A stretch of DNA of 60,888 bases, counting the filler, from Coriobacteriales bacterium (GTDB lineage Bacteria > Actinomycetota > Coriobacteriia > Coriobacteriales > UBA8131), in NCBI GenBank assembly GCA_031263105.1. It is 5 parts of 5 records of this genome, joined end to end, with 100 filler letters (N's around TTAATTAATTAA, not from the genome) between each part and the next. Parts side by side here need not be neighbours in the genome. Positions count along the whole stretch, not along the records: positions 50,978 to 60,888 come from JAISGJ010000219.1; 4 more parts are not named here. One strand, written 5' to 3'. Below are positions 55,850 through 60,888 of this stretch, in pieces (position 1 is the stretch's first letter; every line of letters starts with the position of its first letter). The notes under the pieces were generated by a model. That model saw only the letters and a list, made by a program, of their open reading frames with translations. It was not told where the DNA came from and made no database searches. The position numbers and the translations under genes were made by a program.

Positions 55850-56854
55850 ATGTCGATTCGGGTAGGCATCAACGGTTTTGGACGGATCGGTCGCCTGGTG
55901 CTTGCGGCCATGATCGACGACCCTGCGGTCGAGGTCGTGGCCGGCAACGACCTCAGCAGGCTCGACACCGTCGCCCATCTCCTGAAGTACGACTCCGTCC
56001 ATGGGCGCCTGTTCAAGGACGTCGCGGTCGCAGACGGCGGCCTCATGGTCAACGGGCGCTTCATCAAGGCGCTCACGGAGCGCGACATCACGAAGCTGGA
56101 CTGGGCCGGTGTGGGGGCAGACCTCGTGGTGGAGGCCTCGGGCCACTACAACGACGCCCTCGCCGCACGGGCCCACATCGACAACGGCGCGAGGAAGGTG
56201 CTCATCACCGCCCCTGCGAAGAACGAGGACCTCACCGTCGTCCTGGGCGTCAACGACGCCCTGTACGACCCTGAGCGGCACCATGTCGTGTCCAACGCCT
56301 CGTGCACGACGAACTGCCTGGCGCCGGTCGCGAAGGTGCTGCTCGACAGCTTCGGCGTCACGCGCGGCTACATGAACACGATCCATGCCTACACGGGCGA
56401 CCAGCGCATCCTCGACGGCTCGCACAAGGACCTCCGCCGCGCCCGCGCGGCGGCGATGTCCATCGTCCCCACGACGACGGGCGCCGCCCGCGCGGTCGCG
56501 CTCGTGCTGCCCGCGCTCAAAGGCAGGCTCGACGGGCTGGCGACGCGCGTGCCCGTGCCGGACGCCTCGATGGTCGACCTCACGGTCGAGCTGGGGCGCA
56601 AAGTCACCAAGGAGGAGGTCAACGCCGCGATGAAGGCCGCTGCGGACGGCCCGCTCGCCGGCATCCTCGAGTACTGCACCGACCCCATCGTCTCGACCGA
56701 CGTCATCGGCAACACCCATTCGTCCGTCTTCGACAGCGAGCTGACCCAGGTCCTCGGGGGCGAGGACGAGCTCGTCAAGGTCATCTCGTGGTACGACAAC
56801 GAGCGGGGCTACGCGACGCGCGTCGCCGACCTCGCCAAGCTCATGCTCGCATAG
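55850..56854 (+). CDS. gap: Glyceraldehyde-3-phosphate dehydrogenase (type I)
   Basis: GINGFGRIGR, SNASCTTNCLAP and WYDNE motifs. Confidence 0.98.
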   Translation: MSIRVGINGFGRIGRLVLAAMIDDPAVEVVAGNDLSRLDTVAHLLKYDSVHGRLFKDVAVADGGLMVNGRFIKALTERDITKLDWAGVGADLVVEASGHYNDALAARAHIDNGARKVLITAPAKNEDLTVVLGVNDALYDPERHHVVSNASCTTNCLAPVAKVLLDSFGVTRGYMNTIHAYTGDQRILDGSHKDLRRARAAAMSIVPTTTGAARAVALVLPALKGRLDGLATRVPVPDASMVDLTVELGRKVTKEEVNAAMKAAADGPLAGILEYCTDPIVSTDVIGNTHSSVFDSELTQVLGGEDELVKVISWYDNERGYATRVADLAKLMLA

Positions 56855-56872
56855 GGAGGCGATGAGAAGGCC

Positions 56873-58060
56873 ATGAGACTCGTCAACGAGGCCGACGTCG
56901 CCGGTAGGCGCGTCCTGCTCCGCGTGGACTTCAACGTGCCGGTCGCGGACGGCAGGGTCACCGACGACACGCGTATCCGTGCCGTGCTCCCCACCATGCG
57001 CTACCTCATCGACAACCGTGCGCGCATCGTCGTCATCGCCCACCAGGGGCGCCCCAAGGGGGAGGGCTACGAGCGCAGGTACACCTTGGCGCCCATCGCC
57101 TACGCCCTCGGCAAGCTGCTGCGGCAGGAGGTGCGCCTCACGCACGACATCCTCGGCATGCAGACCACCGCCGACGTGGCCGCGCTCGGCGACGGCGAGG
57201 TGCTCATGCTGGAGAACCTGCGCTTCGATGCGGGCGAGAAGGCCTGCGACCCGCTGTTCGCCCGCCGCCTCGCCGAGCTCGCGGACCTCTTCGTCAACGA
57301 CGCCTTCGCCGCCGCGCACCGCCCCCATGCCTCCATCACCGGCGTGACGGGCTTCCTACCGAGCTATGCCGGCTTCCTCATGAACAAGGAGCTGGGCACC
57401 TTCGAGCGCATGCTGGCGCATCCCGCGCATCCCTTCGTCGCCATCCTCGGCGGGTCGAAGGTCTCCGACAAGATAAAGGTCATCGACAAGCTCATCGACG
57501 TGGTCGACGTCATCGTCATCGGCGGCGCGATGTGCTTCACCTTCCTCCATGCCCAGGGCCATGCCGTCGGGGCCTCCCTCAAGGAGGACGACTGGACGGA
57601 GCCTGCGCGCGCCCTGCTCAAAAAGGCGCGGGAGAAGGGCGTCCAGTTCCTGCTCCCCATAGACCTCGTAGTCGCATCCGAGGCCTCCGCCGACGCCGAG
57701 ACCTCCGTCTGCGACGTCGCCGCCGGCATACCGGACGACCGGATGGGCCTCGACATAGGGCCTGCGACCGTCGAACTCTACCGCAAGGCGATAGCCGAGG
57801 GGCGCACGGTGTTCTGGAACGGCCCGATGGGCGTGTTCGAGCTGGAGCCCTTCGCGGACGGCACGCGCCAGGTGGCGACGGCCGTCGCCATGAACAGCGG
57901 CGCCGCCACCATCATCGGCGGCGGCGACAGCATCGCGGCCATCAACAAGTTCGGCTACAACGACCTCGTGACCTTCATCTCGACCGGCGGCGGCGCCGCC
58001 CTCGAGCTGCTCGAGGGGCGCGAGCTCCCCGGTGTCGCCGCCTTGGAGGGGACGCCATGA
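56873..58060 (+). CDS. pgk: Phosphoglycerate kinase
   Basis: RVDFNVP, LENLRF, GGSKVSDKI, WNGPMGVFE and STGGGA motifs. Confidence 0.98.
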   Translation: MRLVNEADVAGRRVLLRVDFNVPVADGRVTDDTRIRAVLPTMRYLIDNRARIVVIAHQGRPKGEGYERRYTLAPIAYALGKLLRQEVRLTHDILGMQTTADVAALGDGEVLMLENLRFDAGEKACDPLFARRLAELADLFVNDAFAAAHRPHASITGVTGFLPSYAGFLMNKELGTFERMLAHPAHPFVAILGGSKVSDKIKVIDKLIDVVDVIVIGGAMCFTFLHAQGHAVGASLKEDDWTEPARALLKKAREKGVQFLLPIDLVVASEASADAETSVCDVAAGIPDDRMGLDIGPATVELYRKAIAEGRTVFWNGPMGVFELEPFADGTRQVATAVAMNSGAATIIGGGDSIAAINKFGYNDLVTFISTGGGAALELLEGRELPGVAALEGTP

Positions 58061-58159
58061 CCCGCAGGCCGCCTGCATCGACGCAGAGGCCGCCCGCCCC
58101 GCCTCGCAGGCCGCCCGTCGCATGACCCGAGAACCGCCCGTCGCATCGGAGGGAGCACC

Positions 58160-59032
58160 ATGACCCGCAAGCCGCTCGTCGCAGGCAACTGGAAGATGAA
58201 CAGGACCACCGTCGAGGCGGCCATCCTCGCCCAGGACATCAGCAACCGCTTCTATCAGGACTACGACCGGGTGGACACGGTGCTCTGCCCGCCCTTCATC
58301 GACCTCAAGACCGTGCGCACGGTGCTCGAGTTCGACCGGTCGCCCCTCATGCTCGGCGCCCAGGACGTGTTCTGGGAGGACGCCGGGGCCTTCACGGGCG
58401 CGACCTCGCCCCTCATGCTCAAGGAGGTCGGCTGCAGCTACTGCATCGTGGGCCACTCGGAGCGCCGCGAGCTCTTCGCGGAGACCGACCTCACGGTGGG
58501 CAGAAAGGCCCGTGCGCTGCTCGGCCACGGCATCGTCCCCATCGTCTGCGTCGGCGAGGGGCCGTCTGTGCGCGAGGAGGGGGAGAAGGCCGCCATCGCC
58601 TTCGTGACGGCGCAGCTCGAGGCGGCGCTGCGCTCGGCGGGCCTTGAGGGCTTCGAGGGCCTTGCGGGCCTTGCGGGCCTTGAGGGCTCGGGGAACGGCG
58701 AGGAAAGCGGGCCCCCCGAGGGCCTCAGCCTCCCCGGCGGGCCGGCGGGCCTGGAGAAGGTCGTCGTGGCCTATGAGCCCGTCTGGGCGATAGGGACGGG
58801 GCGCACCGCCACGCCGGAGGCCGCCCAGGCGGTCTGTGCGGCGATCCGGGAGCGCCTTGCCGCCGTGGTGGGGCCGAGGACGGCCGAGGGGGCCCGCATC
58901 CTGTACGGCGGCTCCCTGAACGCAGGCAACGCCGCGCTGTTCGTCTCGCAGCCGGACATCGACGGGGGCCTTGTCGGCGGCGCGGCGCTCGACGCGGACT
59001 CCTTCGTCGAGATCGTGAGGGTCTTCCTGTGA
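58160..59032 (+). CDS. tpiA: Triosephosphate isomerase, with a ~35-aa insertion
   Basis: AGNWKMN, GHSERR, AYEPVWAIGTG, LYGGS and GGLVGGA motifs. Confidence 0.97.
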   Translation: MTRKPLVAGNWKMNRTTVEAAILAQDISNRFYQDYDRVDTVLCPPFIDLKTVRTVLEFDRSPLMLGAQDVFWEDAGAFTGATSPLMLKEVGCSYCIVGHSERRELFAETDLTVGRKARALLGHGIVPIVCVGEGPSVREEGEKAAIAFVTAQLEAALRSAGLEGFEGLAGLAGLEGSGNGEESGPPEGLSLPGGPAGLEKVVVAYEPVWAIGTGRTATPEAAQAVCAAIRERLAAVVGPRTAEGARILYGGSLNAGNAALFVSQPDIDGGLVGGAALDADSFVEIVRVFL

Positions 59033-60807
59033 GGCTGCCCGCCCTGCTCGCCATACTCGACGGGGTCGGCATCGCCGCCCCCTCGCCCACGAACGCCGTG
59101 ACCAGCGCCGACGCCCCCTTCCTGCAGGGGCTCTTCGGCGGCGCCGTCTGGCCCTGCCGCCTGCTCGGCGCCTCGGGGCGCGACGTCGGCCTGCCCGAGG
59201 GGCAGATGGGCAACTCCGAGGTGGGGCACCTCAACATCGGGGCCGGCCGCGTCGTGGACCAGGAGCTGACCCGCATCGACCGCGCCATCGAGGAGGGGGC
59301 CCTGCGCGGGAACCCAGCCCTGCTCGCGGCCTTCGAGGCCGCGCGGGAGCGGGGCACGGCCGTGCATCTCATGGGCCTGCTCTCCGACGGCGGCGTCCAC
59401 AGCATGGACGGCCATCTGAGGGCACTGCTTGCGATGGCCGCCGACTGCGGGGTGCGACGCATCCGCGTCGACGCCTTCCTCGACGGGCGCGACGTGCCCC
59501 CTGCCAGCGGGAAGGCCTACGTGGAGCGCATCTGCGCCTTCCTGCGGGGGCTTAAGGAGGCCCATCCCGGCCTCGACGCGCGCATAGGGATGCTCGCGGG
59601 GCGCTACTATGCCATGGACCGCGACAACCGCTGGGAGCGCGTCGAGCGGGCCTGGCGGGCGCTGGTCGTGCCCGGTGCGTCCGACGGTGCCGAGTCTGTC
59701 GCGCCCACAGCGTCCGCAGCGCCCGACGGTGCCGCCCCGTTCGCCGCTTCGGCATCGACATTTCCCTCCTTCGGAGGGGGTCCGAGCGCCCGGGAAACGC
59801 GCAGCGTTTCCCGCGCGGACGGGCCGACAGGCCCATGGACGGCGCGAAGCGCCGGGGTGGTTCTCCCGGCCGTCGACTCCTCTGCGATCGCCCCCGCAGA
59901 CGCCGACCCCGCGCACCTGGTGCAGGCCTCCTACGACGCCGGCGTGACCGACGAGTTCGTCGTGCCGGTCGCCATCGGGGAGGACGCCCTGGCCAGCGGG
60001 GACAGCGTCGTCTTCTTCAACTTCCGCCCCGACCGTGCGCGCGAGCTCACCCGCGCCCTCATCGACCCTGCGTTCACGGGCTTCGTGCGCCCCTCCGTGC
60101 CGGAGCTTGCCTACGTCTGCATGACGGAGTACGACCCCGCCTTCGAGCGCGACCTCGGCGCACGGGTCGCCTTCCCCAAGGCCTTCCCGGAGAACGTGCT
60201 CGCCGACTGCCTGGCCTCGCACGGCCTCAGGCAGCTGCACATCGCCGAGACGGAGAAGTACGCGCACGTGACCTTCTTCTTCAACGGGGGCGTGGAGGAG
60301 CCGAAGCCCGGGGAGCAGCGCATCCTCGTCCCCAGCCCCAAGGCGGCGACCTACGACCTCAAGCCGCAGATGAGCGCACCTGAGCTCACGCGGGCGCTGG
60401 TGGGCGCCATCGAGTCCGACGCGGCCGACGTCTACATCGTCAACTACGCCAACGGAGACATGGTGGGCCATACCGGCAGCCTTCCGGCGGCGGTTGAGGC
60501 CATGGAGGCGGTGGACCGGGGGCTCAAGTGCGTCATCGACGCGATCGTCGGGGCGGGCGGCGTCGCGCTCGTCACCGCCGACCACGGCAATGCCGAGCAG
60601 ATGGCCGACGTCGAGGGCGGCGCATGGACGGCGCACACGCTCTCGCCGGTCCCGCTCGTCCTCATCGCTCCGGGAGACGACCGGGCCGACCTCGACCGCA
60701 GCGCCCCCGCGCGCCTCGCCGACGTCGCCCCGACCCTGCTCGACCTCATAGGCCTCCCCGTCCCCGAGGAGTGGACCGGTCGCTCGCTGCTTGTGCGCCG
60801 TGGTTGA
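59029..60807 (+). CDS. gpmI: 2,3-BPG-independent phosphoglycerate mutase with an in-frame repeat-element insertion
   Basis: MGNSEVGH, SDGGVHS, GRYYAMDRD, FNFRPDRA, AETEKYAHVT, DMVGHTG and TADHGNAE motifs. Confidence 0.97.
   Translation: MRLPALLAILDGVGIAAPSPTNAVTSADAPFLQGLFGGAVWPCRLLGASGRDVGLPEGQMGNSEVGHLNIGAGRVVDQELTRIDRAIEEGALRGNPALLAAFEAARERGTAVHLMGLLSDGGVHSMDGHLRALLAMAADCGVRRIRVDAFLDGRDVPPASGKAYVERICAFLRGLKEAHPGLDARIGMLAGRYYAMDRDNRWERVERAWRALVVPGASDGAESVAPTASAAPDGAAPFAASASTFPSFGGGPSARETRSVSRADGPTGPWTARSAGVVLPAVDSSAIAPADADPAHLVQASYDAGVTDEFVVPVAIGEDALASGDSVVFFNFRPDRARELTRALIDPAFTGFVRPSVPELAYVCMTEYDPAFERDLGARVAFPKAFPENVLADCLASHGLRQLHIAETEKYAHVTFFFNGGVEEPKPGEQRILVPSPKAATYDLKPQMSAPELTRALVGAIESDAADVYIVNYANGDMVGHTGSLPAAVEAMEAVDRGLKCVIDAIVGAGGVALVTADHGNAEQMADVEGGAWTAHTLSPVPLVLIAPGDDRADLDRSAPARLADVAPTLLDLIGLPVPEEWTGRSLLVRRG
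59750..59861 (+). repeat. 112-bp coding palindromic element, copy 3 (inside gpmI)
   Basis: Encodes ASTFPSFGGGPSARETRSVSRADGPTGPWTARSAGV in frame. Confidence 0.92.
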
Positions 60808-60808
60808 G

Positions 60809-60862
60809 TTTCGTGACAGAGGGGACGGTACTGTTTTTCGTGACAGAGGGGACGGGACTGTT
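60809..60862. repeat. 27-bp direct repeat x2 (TTTCGTGACAGAGGGGACGGKACTGTT)
   Basis: Directly visible just after the gpmI stop. Confidence 0.8.
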
Positions 60863-60888
60863 TTTGAATCACCCGCGCCAGCGGGGGC

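Noticed and set aside
59680..59900. Intein or intron in gpmI
   Set aside because: The insert is too short and lacks Cys/Ser...His-Asn splice motifs or recognisable group I/II features. It matches a dispersed repeat instead.

Overview
GC-rich bacterial DNA, most likely Coriobacteriia/Eggerthellaceae-like (inferred from the 12-TM LuxR plus Tat flavoreductase pair and the alaS-ruvX-mltG-aroE order). It is five contigs joined by artificial N44-TTAATTAATTAA-N44 linkers, so gene adjacency across 11617-11716, 25337-25436, 44716-44815 and 50878-50977 is not real. Contig 1 holds a minus-strand cluster: AraC regulator, siderophore/heme-type binding lipoprotein, exporter-fold ABC protein, two FecCD permeases, FecE ATPase, then coupled nitrogenase-like D, K and H genes without nifB/E/N. 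Two DtxR-type palindromes and an AraC-type tandem repeat next to a sigma70 promoter suggest iron control. I infer an iron-regulated uptake-and-reduction system rather than N2 fixation. The rest is mostly housekeeping (aroE to alaS, yebC, xerD, dcw genes to mraY, tRNA-Asn, uppP, uvrC-rapZ-yvcK-whiA-gap-pgk-tpiA-gpmI). A second highlight is a repeat family. A ~160-bp MITE/REP-like element occurs many times, and one copy with an 8-bp target-site duplication cuts off the C-terminus of a RelE toxin. A related 112-bp four-hairpin element sits in frame, in the same reading frame, inside three unrelated genes including gpmI.
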